DNA of 64,000 nt from a bacterium HR35 (GTDB taxonomy: Bacteria > Patescibacteriota > Minisyncoccia > UBA6257 > HR35). The notes under the pieces are model-generated. The model was not told the origin of the DNA and did no database searches. It worked only from the letters and a program-made list of their open reading frames with translations. A program made the translations under genes and the position numbers. Positions 14,885-23,194 of this stretch are shown here, piece by piece (position 1 is the first letter of the stretch; each line of letters starts with the position of its first letter). Location of the stretch: assembly GCA_002898235.1 (NCBI GenBank), contig BEIL01000004.1:499-64498 (forward strand). The letters are read 5' to 3'.

Positions 14885-17002
14885 TCAAATATTTCTCATC
14901 CTCAAAGCATTTAAACTAACAATTATTGTGGATAAGCTCATTAAAATTGCTCCAATTGCTGGAGAAAGAAAAATTCCTTTAAAAGCTAAAATTCCTGCTG
15001 CTAAGGGAATGGCTACAATATTATAACCAGTTGCCCAAAATAGGTTTTCAATCATTTTTTGATAAGTTAGTTTTGAAAGTTTAATTAATTTAACAATATC
15101 TCGAGGATCATTTCTAACTAAAATTATTCCTGCTGATTCAATAGCAACATTTGTTCCAGCACCAATAGAAACTCCAACATTTGCTTGCATCAAAGCTGGA
15201 GCATCATTAATTCCATCGCCAATCATCATAACCTTTAATCCCCTTTGTTGAAGTTCTTTTACTTTGTCAACTTTTTCTTGGGGTAAAACTTCAGCAAAAT
15301 ATTCATCAATTTTCAATTCTTTAGCAACTTTTTCAGCAACTTCTTTTTTATCTCCAGTCATCATCATAACTTTAATTCCTAGTTTATGTAATTCTTCAAT
15401 TGCTTCTTTAGATTCTTCTCTAATTTCATCTTCTAAAATGATAGCTCCCAAAATATTTTTCTCCTGATCAATTAAATAACTAATTGTGCCAATTGTTTCT
15501 ATTTGAGTAGGTTTAATATCTAATTCTTTTAATAAATTATCTCCTCCTAAATAATAAACTTTGCCATTAATTTTTCCTTTTATTCCTTTACCTGGCAAGT
15601 TTTCAAAATCTTCAACTTTTAAAATTTCAATACTTTCTTCTTTTGCTTTTTCTAAAATTCCTTGAGAAATAAAATGAGAAGAATATTGTGAAAGAGAAGC
15701 TGAAATTTGTAAAATAAAATTTTTATCTTCACCAAGTATTTTTTTAACTTTGAATTTTCCCGTTGTAAGAGTGCCTGTTTTATCAAATAAAACAATATTA
15801 ACTTTTCTTGCCAGCTCAAGCTGGGGTCTATTTCTAATTAAAAACCCATTATGAACTGCTAAAGATGTTGAAATAGCAACTACTAAAGGAACAGCAAGCC
15901 CCAAAGCATGAGGACAAGCAATTACTAAAACTGTAACTAACCTTTCTAAAGCAAAAGCAAAATCTTTTTGTAAAATTAGCCAAATAATAAAACTTAAAGA
16001 ACCAACACCAAGAGCAATAAAAGTCAAATATTTAGCAAAAACATCTGCTAAAACTTGAAGTTTTGATTTTGATTTTTGTGCTTCTTGGATTAATCTTTTT
16101 ATTCCTGCTAAAAATGTTTCTTCGCCAATTTTTGTTACTTTAATTTTTAAAATTCCGTCGCCATTAATTGTTCCAGCAATAACCTCAGAGCCGACTTCTT
16201 TTAAAACAGGTTTACTTTCACCAGTAATCATACTTTCATTAACTTCTGATCTTCCTTCAATCACTATTCCATCAACTGGAATTTTTCCTCCTGGACGGAC
16301 TAAAACAATATCTCCAACTTTTAATTCATTTAAAGAAACTAATCTACCATTTTCTAATTCAGCTACATCAGGTAATAATTTTTCTATTTCTTGTAAAGCT
16401 CTTTGAGCCGAAGAGATTGACTTCATTTCAAAATAATGACCTAAAAGCATAATAGTGATTAAAGAAGCGAGTTCCCCAAAAAAATTAGATCCACGCAGAT
16501 CAACGCAGAACGAACGCAGAACTACGCAGAAAATATTATTTAAAGTTATGTAAAGACTATAAATGTAAGCTGAAGTGATAGCTAAAGAAATTAAAGTCAT
16601 CATTCCAGGATTTTTTGCTTTTATTTCTCTATAAGCACCAACAAGAAAAACCCAACCACCATAAAAGAAAACAATCGAAGAAAAAATTAAAACTAGCGCA
16701 GACTTAAGCAGACTGAACGCAGACCATTGCAGACCAAAAATATTTAAGTTAAAAAAATCAAAAGAAAGAAAAATAACAAAGATTGTCAGGATTAAACAGA
16801 GCCAAAATTTTTTAAGAAAATCCTCTGCGCGATGCCCATGATGTTTATCTAAATACTCTTTATGTTCTGTATGTTTTGCGTCAGTTCTGTGAGTTCTGCG
16901 TTCTTCTTCTATCTTAACAAGTTTCATCCCACAAACAGGACAATTTCCAGGTTCATCTTGCGGATCGATACAACCCATTGGGCAAATATACTTTTTCACC
17001 AT
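14885..17002 (-). CDS. copA: Copper-translocating P1B-type ATPase
   Basis: 705 aa. It has an N-terminal CPVCGM/CxxC metal-binding site and a His-rich stretch, the CPH transmembrane motif (IACPHALGLAVP), the DKTGTLT phosphorylation site, GDGINDAP, and MTGD. Confidence 0.85.
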   Translation of the reverse strand: MVKKYICPMGCIDPQDEPGNCPVCGMKLVKIEEERRTHRTDAKHTEHKEYLDKHHGHRAEDFLKKFWLCLILTIFVIFLSFDFFNLNIFGLQWSAFSLLKSALVLIFSSIVFFYGGWVFLVGAYREIKAKNPGMMTLISLAITSAYIYSLYITLNNIFCVVLRSFCVDLRGSNFFGELASLITIMLLGHYFEMKSISSAQRALQEIEKLLPDVAELENGRLVSLNELKVGDIVLVRPGGKIPVDGIVIEGRSEVNESMITGESKPVLKEVGSEVIAGTINGDGILKIKVTKIGEETFLAGIKRLIQEAQKSKSKLQVLADVFAKYLTFIALGVGSLSFIIWLILQKDFAFALERLVTVLVIACPHALGLAVPLVVAISTSLAVHNGFLIRNRPQLELARKVNIVLFDKTGTLTTGKFKVKKILGEDKNFILQISASLSQYSSHFISQGILEKAKEESIEILKVEDFENLPGKGIKGKINGKVYYLGGDNLLKELDIKPTQIETIGTISYLIDQEKNILGAIILEDEIREESKEAIEELHKLGIKVMMMTGDKKEVAEKVAKELKIDEYFAEVLPQEKVDKVKELQQRGLKVMMIGDGINDAPALMQANVGVSIGAGTNVAIESAGIILVRNDPRDIVKLIKLSKLTYQKMIENLFWATGYNIVAIPLAAGILAFKGIFLSPAIGAILMSLSTIIVSLNALRMRNI

Positions 17003-17045
17003 ATCTTAATTATACCCCCTATAGGTATCTTTGTCAATTCAAATC
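17003..17045 (-). promoter_or_regulatory. copA promoter with a CsoR-type operator
   Basis: Minus strand reads TTGACA-AAGATACCTATAGGGGGTA-TAATTAAGATAT-ATG. The -35 and -10 elements and the ATACC-N7-GGTAT pseudo-palindrome are nearly identical to the csoR promoter cassette at 11100-11136. Confidence 0.55.
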
Positions 17046-17057
17046 TCGGTGTTTAAA

Positions 17058-17957
17058 TTAATTCACATAACTTAACCACTTGGAGTATTTTCTTATTTCT
17101 CCTCTTACTATCTTTTTATATGTTTCTCTTAAAAGTTTTGTTATTTCTCCTTCTTTGCCTTTATTAATCAATTTATTATTAATTTTTCCTATAGCAACAA
17201 CTTCAGCAGCTGTTCCAGTAAAAAATACTTCGTCAGCATTAAAAACTTCTTTTAAGTTTAAATCTTTTTCAATAACTTTAATTCCGTAATCTTTGGCAAT
17301 TTTTATAATAGTATCTCTCGTAATTCCAGGCAAAATATTTCCTAATTTGGGAGTAAGTAATTTTTTATCTTTTACTATAAAAATATTTTCTCCTGCTCCC
17401 TCGGCTATCATTCCTCTGTAATCTAAAAGAAGAGCTTCGTCATAACCTTTTTGATGAGCTTCAATTGTTGCTAAAATAGAGTTAATATAATAACCACAAA
17501 CTTTAGCCGAAGAAACAACCGATTGAGGATGAAGTCTAATATATTTTGAAACTAAAACTTTTACTGGTTTTTCTCCCAAATATGCACCAAAAGGAAAAGC
17601 GATTATTGCTAAATTTACTGGATTATTTCTAGGATCAAGATTTATTTTCCCCTCTCCCCAAAAAGCTATTGGTCTAATATAAGCATCTTTTAGATTATTT
17701 ACTTTCAAAAGGTTCAAAACTCCTTTTTTTATTTCATCTAAAGAATAAGGAATTTTTAAATAAATTGAGTTGGCAGATTTAAAAAGACGTTTAAGATGAT
17801 CATCTAATCTAAAAACAGCAGTTCGATTATCTATTGTTTCATAGCTTCTTATTCCTTCAAAGACACCTCCACCATAATGAAGAGTATGAGTTAAAACATG
17901 TACTTTCGCTTGATCCCAATTTACTATTTTGCCGTTAAACCAAATTTTAAGTTTCAT
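17058..17957 (-). CDS. ilvE: Class IV (branched-chain/D-amino-acid) aminotransferase
   Basis: 299 aa. The N-terminus W.NG.iv.w..a.vHvlthtLHYGggVFEGiRsY and the ExxxxNiF and TPxxxxxLxGiTR motifs are present. Confidence 0.7.
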   Translation of the reverse strand: MKLKIWFNGKIVNWDQAKVHVLTHTLHYGGGVFEGIRSYETIDNRTAVFRLDDHLKRLFKSANSIYLKIPYSLDEIKKGVLNLLKVNNLKDAYIRPIAFWGEGKINLDPRNNPVNLAIIAFPFGAYLGEKPVKVLVSKYIRLHPQSVVSSAKVCGYYINSILATIEAHQKGYDEALLLDYRGMIAEGAGENIFIVKDKKLLTPKLGNILPGITRDTIIKIAKDYGIKVIEKDLNLKEVFNADEVFFTGTAAEVVAIGKINNKLINKGKEGEITKLLRETYKKIVRGEIRKYSKWLSYVN

Positions 17958-17982
17958 TTATTTATTATTATAAAATTTTTTT

Positions 17983-18453
17983 TTAAATATTTAATCTTTT
18001 CAGTTTTAACTCATAAGCAACAATCCCAAAAGCGACAGCAACATTTAATGATTCCTTTTTGCCAAACATCGGAATTTCTAAGATAGCATCAACTTTAGCT
18101 AATATTCTTTTATTTAAACCTCTTACTTCGTTGCCAACAATTAAAACTAAAGGAAATTTAGGTTTGAATTTATAATAAGGAATACTTCGCGGCGATTGTT
18201 CTAAGGCAACAATTCTAAATCTTTCTTTTTTCAGTTTTTTCAAAAGATAACTAATATTTTTGTAAGCTTCCCAAGCAACATATTTTTCAGCACCCAAAGC
18301 GGTTTTTTCAATTTTTTTATCTTTAGCTGGATTAGGAGTATAACCAGTTAAATAGAGTTTATCAATTTGAACGGCATCAGCGGTTCTAAAAATAGCTCCA
18401 ACATTATAAGCACTTCGAATATTATGTAAAATAGCACAAAACTTCACTTCCAT
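17983..18453 (-). CDS. SpoU/TrmH-family RNA 2'-O-methyltransferase
   Basis: 156 aa. HNIRSAYNVGAIFRTADAV and LVLIVGNEVRGL...LEIPMFG are SPOUT-fold motifs. Confidence 0.65.
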   Translation of the reverse strand: MEVKFCAILHNIRSAYNVGAIFRTADAVQIDKLYLTGYTPNPAKDKKIEKTALGAEKYVAWEAYKNISYLLKKLKKERFRIVALEQSPRSIPYYKFKPKFPLVLIVGNEVRGLNKRILAKVDAILEIPMFGKKESLNVAVAFGIVAYELKLKRLNI

Positions 18454-18472
18454 AATTTTTTGATAATAAAGA

Positions 18473-19471
18473 CTAATCTTTCTTTAATATTTTTATTATA
18501 AAGCTGATAAGTGATACCAAAAGATAAAAAATTAATATCTCAACAAGAACTCCTGCAATGAAAGCTAAGATAAAAGACCAGGTGTTTTCTGGCGCACCGG
18601 GCGGATTAAGCATACTATCGACTATTGAGAAAACATAAATAAAAGGAATAAGAAGTATAAATGGAATCATGACATATAAAGGGTAGATCTCAGGAAGTTT
18701 GTTGAATACTAATAATAACAGGAAAAGTAGGAGATATAGTAATGCCGCTGCGACAATAATCAAAGCAGGAAATTTTAAGGCTTTAAATTCATATATTCCA
18801 AGAAAGGTTTTTATTTCTTCTTTATATCCTTTAAATTCTCCATACTTTTTTAGTTGTTTATTTACAAAAATAAGTCCAGCTATAAGTGAAGTTAAAATAA
18901 AGATACCTTTAAAGGGAGTGTAATCGTAATCCGCTTTTCCTATAATCACAAATTTTTTCTCGCCGGTTGGATTATTACAATTAGGCAAAAGTCCCAAATT
19001 TTTTACTTCTTGTCTATAAACAAACCACGGGTTTATAACGAAAAAATCACTACTTTTGAGACTTTGTCCTTTTGTTAAAATTTTGTTATTAACTTTTACA
19101 TCTTCTATACCTTCACCAAATGTTTCAATTCTTAAGACTCTACCTTCTAAAGAAACATCCAAAAAATTTAATTTTGATTCTTTATAAACACAAGGAGAAA
19201 AAAAGGTTACTATTTTAGCATCGGTTTTATTTGCAGCTTCTCGTAATTTTTCATATTCTTCATAACGACTATGGTAATATCCTGCTCTATATAAGAACAA
19301 TGGGTTAGGTCTAATTAAAAAGCAATTATTTGCTTCATCATAGTAAATATCTTTTTCTTTACAAATAATTGGTTCAGTCATCAAAAATCTCCAATGTAAC
19401 CAAACAAGAACCGTGGCTACAATAGAAAGTATTATAAAAACTTTTAAAAATTTATAAATTCTCAAAATCAT
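18473..19471 (-). CDS. Membrane protein of unknown function
   Basis: 332 aa, with an N-terminal TM segment, a soluble middle part, and several C-terminal TM helices. Confidence 0.4.
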   Translation of the reverse strand: MILRIYKFLKVFIILSIVATVLVWLHWRFLMTEPIICKEKDIYYDEANNCFLIRPNPLFLYRAGYYHSRYEEYEKLREAANKTDAKIVTFFSPCVYKESKLNFLDVSLEGRVLRIETFGEGIEDVKVNNKILTKGQSLKSSDFFVINPWFVYRQEVKNLGLLPNCNNPTGEKKFVIIGKADYDYTPFKGIFILTSLIAGLIFVNKQLKKYGEFKGYKEEIKTFLGIYEFKALKFPALIIVAAALLYLLLFLLLLVFNKLPEIYPLYVMIPFILLIPFIYVFSIVDSMLNPPGAPENTWSFILAFIAGVLVEILIFYLLVSLISFIIKILKKD

Positions 19472-19499
19472 TAAAGATATTGCAATTTAAAATTAGAGG

Positions 19500-19613
19500 T
19501 TATTCTTCTTCCTTACAAGTACAATCATCATAGGGTTCATTACAACCGCTGCAAACTCCATTTACTATTTCTTTTCCACACTTACAAGGTTGACAACCGC
19601 AAGTTTTACACAT
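19500..19613 (-). CDS. 37-aa cysteine-rich peptide, possibly metallothionein-like (10 Cys)
   Basis: Minus-strand translation from the ATG at 19611-19613 gives MCKTCGCQPCKCGKEIVNGVCSGCNEPYDDCTCKEEE, ending in a stop. It is not in the ORF track because it is shorter than 60 aa. It contains CxxCxC and CxC motifs and sits in a short intergenic gap. Confidence 0.4.
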   Translation of the reverse strand: MCKTCGCQPCKCGKEIVNGVCSGCNEPYDDCTCKEEE

Positions 19614-19656
19614 ATTTTGTAAAAAAAATTAATTCGACTAGTTATCTAATTTATTT

Positions 19657-20181
19657 TTACTCTAAAATTTTGTATTTTTGAACTAATTTTGTTTTTTTCC
19701 ACCAGTTGCCTAAACCTAAATAATCTCCTGAATTACTTAAACAAAGAACCGCCATTACAATAATATAGACAATATGCTCATCAATTAATGGATTATGTGC
19801 TGGAGGTAAAAAACCAGCTAGATACATTAAAGCAAGCATTAAACTACCAAAAAATGTTGAAAGTTTCATAAAAATTCCAAGCATTAATCCTAAACCAACA
19901 CCCAAAAGTCCTAACATAAAAAGCCAATCAACAATTGGATTTCCTGCCATTGATCTAAAAATTTCAGCCAATGGTCCTTTAACAGCAAACTTCAAAAAAC
20001 CAAATGTTGGTGAGCCACCATAAAGCCAAGCATCTTTACAAAAATAATTTACAACTTGGGTTTGAACATCACGACAAGTAGAAAATCCTAAACCAAAAAG
20101 TTTATCCAAAAAAGCCCAAAGAAATATCCAACCTAATGAAAGACGCAAAAGCCCTAAAGTGATTTGTAAATCTTTATTCAT
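19657..20181 (-). CDS. DoxX-family membrane protein
   Basis: 174 aa. The N-terminus LLRLSLGWIFLWAFLDKLFGLGF resembles DoxX, and the protein has 4 TM segments. Confidence 0.45.
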   Translation of the reverse strand: MNKDLQITLGLLRLSLGWIFLWAFLDKLFGLGFSTCRDVQTQVVNYFCKDAWLYGGSPTFGFLKFAVKGPLAEIFRSMAGNPIVDWLFMLGLLGVGLGLMLGIFMKLSTFFGSLMLALMYLAGFLPPAHNPLIDEHIVYIIVMAVLCLSNSGDYLGLGNWWKKTKLVQKYKILE

Positions 20182-20194
20182 TGGATTTTGATTT

Positions 20195-21595
20195 TTAATT
20201 TACGACCTTTTTAATTATTGGTCCTTGTTTAGTATCTTCAACTTTATAACCAGCTTTCAATACTTCTTCTCTAATTTTATCAGCTTCTTGCCACTTACCT
20301 TCTCTTCTTAATTTTTCTCTTAATAAAATTTTCTTTTTAATTTCAGCTGGTAATTTTTGTTTTTGAAGAAATTCTTTTAACTTTAAACCTAAAACTTTAT
20401 CAGCTTCCAAAACGAAAATTTTTTTATACCCCAAATCTTCATCTGACCTTAAAACTTCCCATAGCTTGGCAATTAACCGAGGCGTATCAAGATCATCGTT
20501 AATAATCTTTAAAATTTCTTTAGATACAGAACTGCGTTGAACTGATGCAGATTTATGTAGATTTACAGAAAGTTTAAAACTGGAGATTGTTTCTAAAAGT
20601 AAGTTGTATGCATTTTGAGCTGATTCCATTGCTTGCCAAGTAAAGTTCATTTCTGAGCGGTAATGAGCTGTTAAAACTAAATATCTATAAGCTAAGGAAT
20701 GAAATCCTCTTTTTTCAATATCTTCTAAAGTAATAATATTTCCTAAACTTTTTGACATTTTTTCTCCTTCAACTCTTAAAAAATTTACATGCAACCAATA
20801 ATTAACAAATTTTTTACCAGTTGCTGCTTCTGATTGAGCAATTTCATTAGTATGATGAACATCGATATGATCAATGCCACCAGTATGAATATCAATTGTT
20901 TTACCTAAATATTTCATTGACATTGCTGAACATTCAATATGCCAACCAGGAAAACCAATTCCCCAAGGGCTTGGCCATTCCATTTGTCTTTTAACATCCT
21001 TAGGTGAAAATTTCCATAAAGCAAAATCAGTTGGATTTCTTTTTTCAGGATTAAATTCAACCCGAGCACCAGCTAATAATTGCTTCTTCTTTAAACCAGA
21101 CAACTCGCCATAATTTTTAAATTTAGAAGTATCAAAATAAATACCATCAGAAATTTTATAAGTATAGCCTTTTTTCTCTAAAATCTTTATAAGCTCAATC
21201 ATTTCTTTTATATGCTCAGTTGCTCGAGGAAACTTAAAAGGAGTTTTGATATTTAATTTCTTAATATCTTCTTTAAAAAGCTTCTCAAAATAGCGGGCAA
21301 TTTCCCAAGCAGTTTTTCTTTTTTCCCGAGCACTTTTTTCAATTTTATCTTCGCCAGTATCAGCATCAGAAGTTAAATGTCCAACATCAGTAATATTTAT
21401 AATCTGTTTAACTTTATAACCATTATATTCAAGCGTCCTTCTCAAAGTATCAGCAAAAATATAAGCTCTTAAATTACCAATATGAGGTCGTTCATAAACA
21501 GTTGGCCCGCAATTATACATCGTCACAATCTTATCTTTCAAAGGTCTAAATTTCTCTTTTTTTCGAGTAAGAGTGTTAAATAAATAAAGATCCAT
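20195..21595 (-). CDS. cysS: Cysteinyl-tRNA synthetase
   Basis: 466 aa. The motifs [17 protein letters not shown] (HIGH region), KMSKSLGN, and the Zn-binding Cys/His residues are present. Confidence 0.9.
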   Translation of the reverse strand: MDLYLFNTLTRKKEKFRPLKDKIVTMYNCGPTVYERPHIGNLRAYIFADTLRRTLEYNGYKVKQIINITDVGHLTSDADTGEDKIEKSAREKRKTAWEIARYFEKLFKEDIKKLNIKTPFKFPRATEHIKEMIELIKILEKKGYTYKISDGIYFDTSKFKNYGELSGLKKKQLLAGARVEFNPEKRNPTDFALWKFSPKDVKRQMEWPSPWGIGFPGWHIECSAMSMKYLGKTIDIHTGGIDHIDVHHTNEIAQSEAATGKKFVNYWLHVNFLRVEGEKMSKSLGNIITLEDIEKRGFHSLAYRYLVLTAHYRSEMNFTWQAMESAQNAYNLLLETISSFKLSVNLHKSASVQRSSVSKEILKIINDDLDTPRLIAKLWEVLRSDEDLGYKKIFVLEADKVLGLKLKEFLQKQKLPAEIKKKILLREKLRREGKWQEADKIREEVLKAGYKVEDTKQGPIIKKVVN

Positions 21596-21622
21596 TTTAT
21601 ATTCTATTTTTATTTTCTTAAA

Positions 21623-22039
21623 TTAAAAATTAAAAAATTCTCCGAGGCTAAAAGGCCAAGGTTGAGGGATAAAAAGTAAAGCTAAAACTCCTGCCCAAAT
21701 AGCCATATTTTTCATAAAATTAATTGTCTCCATCATTTTCATTTGTGGATCTTGAACACTCCAAAAATTATGCATCATAAAACTAACAGGTAAAAAGAAT
21801 AAAGTTAAAGCCAAAACGCCGATCTGGATATAGGTACCAAGTAAAATTGAAAGACCACCAATTAAAAGTAAAATACCAGTCACAAGCACAGCCAATTTAG
21901 GAGCGGGTACATTTTTGCTTTGAGCATATTGCGACAACATATTTAAATTTTTAAAGTGATTAAAAGCATTATATAAAAAATAAAGACCTAAAATTAATCT
22001 TGAAAGTAAAAGTATATAATCTGAAGCCATTTTTTTCAA
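21623..22039 (-). CDS. DoxX-like membrane protein
   Basis: 138 aa, 4 TM segments, LILGLYFLYNAFNHF. Confidence 0.4.
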   Translation of the reverse strand: MKKMASDYILLLSRLILGLYFLYNAFNHFKNLNMLSQYAQSKNVPAPKLAVLVTGILLLIGGLSILLGTYIQIGVLALTLFFLPVSFMMHNFWSVQDPQMKMMETINFMKNMAIWAGVLALLFIPQPWPFSLGEFFNF

Positions 22040-22060
22040 AAAATTTTAATCCGACCTTGA

Positions 22061-23194
22061 TTAAATTTTACTATAAATTTCTAATAATCTATTATATTTT
22101 GCCGCTCTTTCGCCTTGTAAAGGAACGCCTATTTTAAAATAATTAGCATTAAAAGCAATTCCTAAATCAATTATCCAATTGTCATTTGTCTCTCCACTTC
22201 GATGGGAAAAAATTGTAAATAAATTATTTTCTTTAGCTAATTTAACAAAATTAAATGTTTCGGTTATTGTTCCAATTTGATTAGGTTTAACAATTACACC
22301 ATCAACAGAACTTTTTTCTAAAGCAATTTTTAATCTTTCAATATTAGTTGCTGTTAAATCATCACCAATTACTTTAAATCCTTCTTTTCGAAGTTCAGCA
22401 AATTTTTCAAACTCATCTTCTTTATAAGGATCTTCTAAATATTTAACACCCAAAAGTTTTAATTTTTGATAAACATTTTTCCAATTAACAATTTTCGTTA
22501 TTTGATTAGCAGCAATATCAGCTCCAAGCTCAAAATCTTTAAGTTCTTTTAAATACAAAAATGGTTCATAATTGTCGCTAAAGTTTGTGCAAAATGCTCC
22601 TTCATCATTTCTTCCTAATGGTTTCGGCAATTTCTTCTCAATTTGATTAATAATATTTATAATTTGAACAATTAAGTTTTCTGAAAATTCATTTTTGCTC
22701 ACCAACCAATATTCCTGAAAATCTAAATTATTAAAAGAATGAACACCGCCACCAATAATATTAATAACTAATTTAGGAAATAAAATTTCTCTTTTTAGAT
22801 TGAATTCTCTAAGTAAATATTCATAAAGTTCCAGATTATTCATTTTAGCTAAAATACGAGCAAAACTAACTGAAACTCCTAAAGTAAAATTTCCACCTAA
22901 TTTTTCTTTATTCTTCCCTGCTCTCTCAATTAAAAATTCATCCAGTTCTTGCAAGCTTTGAAAATCTTTATTTTTAATATCTTTCAAAAAATTGTCTAAA
23001 TTCTTTTCAATTTTTTCACAATCTAAACAAATAACTTCGTGAGAGCCAATACTTTTTCCAGATGGAATTGATGCTTTTTCTTTTATTCCTTCACTTTCAA
23101 CCTCCACTTCAATTGTCCACTCCCCTCTTGAATCCAAAATTTTATTTACTTTTATATTATCTATTTTCATCTTCAAATTTTTTAACCATCTCAA
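22061..23194 (-). CDS. eno: Enolase (short form)
   Basis: 377 aa. The N-terminus ILDSRGEWTIEVEV...ASIPSGKSIGSHE matches enolase. The C-terminus FSHRSGETNDNWIIDLGIAFNANYFKIGVPLQGERAAKYNRLLEI matches the enolase signature SHRSGETED...DlAVa...qiKtG...rseR.aKYNqLLrIeeel. Confidence 0.7.
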   Translation of the reverse strand: MRWLKNLKMKIDNIKVNKILDSRGEWTIEVEVESEGIKEKASIPSGKSIGSHEVICLDCEKIEKNLDNFLKDIKNKDFQSLQELDEFLIERAGKNKEKLGGNFTLGVSVSFARILAKMNNLELYEYLLREFNLKREILFPKLVINIIGGGVHSFNNLDFQEYWLVSKNEFSENLIVQIINIINQIEKKLPKPLGRNDEGAFCTNFSDNYEPFLYLKELKDFELGADIAANQITKIVNWKNVYQKLKLLGVKYLEDPYKEDEFEKFAELRKEGFKVIGDDLTATNIERLKIALEKSSVDGVIVKPNQIGTITETFNFVKLAKENNLFTIFSHRSGETNDNWIIDLGIAFNANYFKIGVPLQGERAAKYNRLLEIYSKI

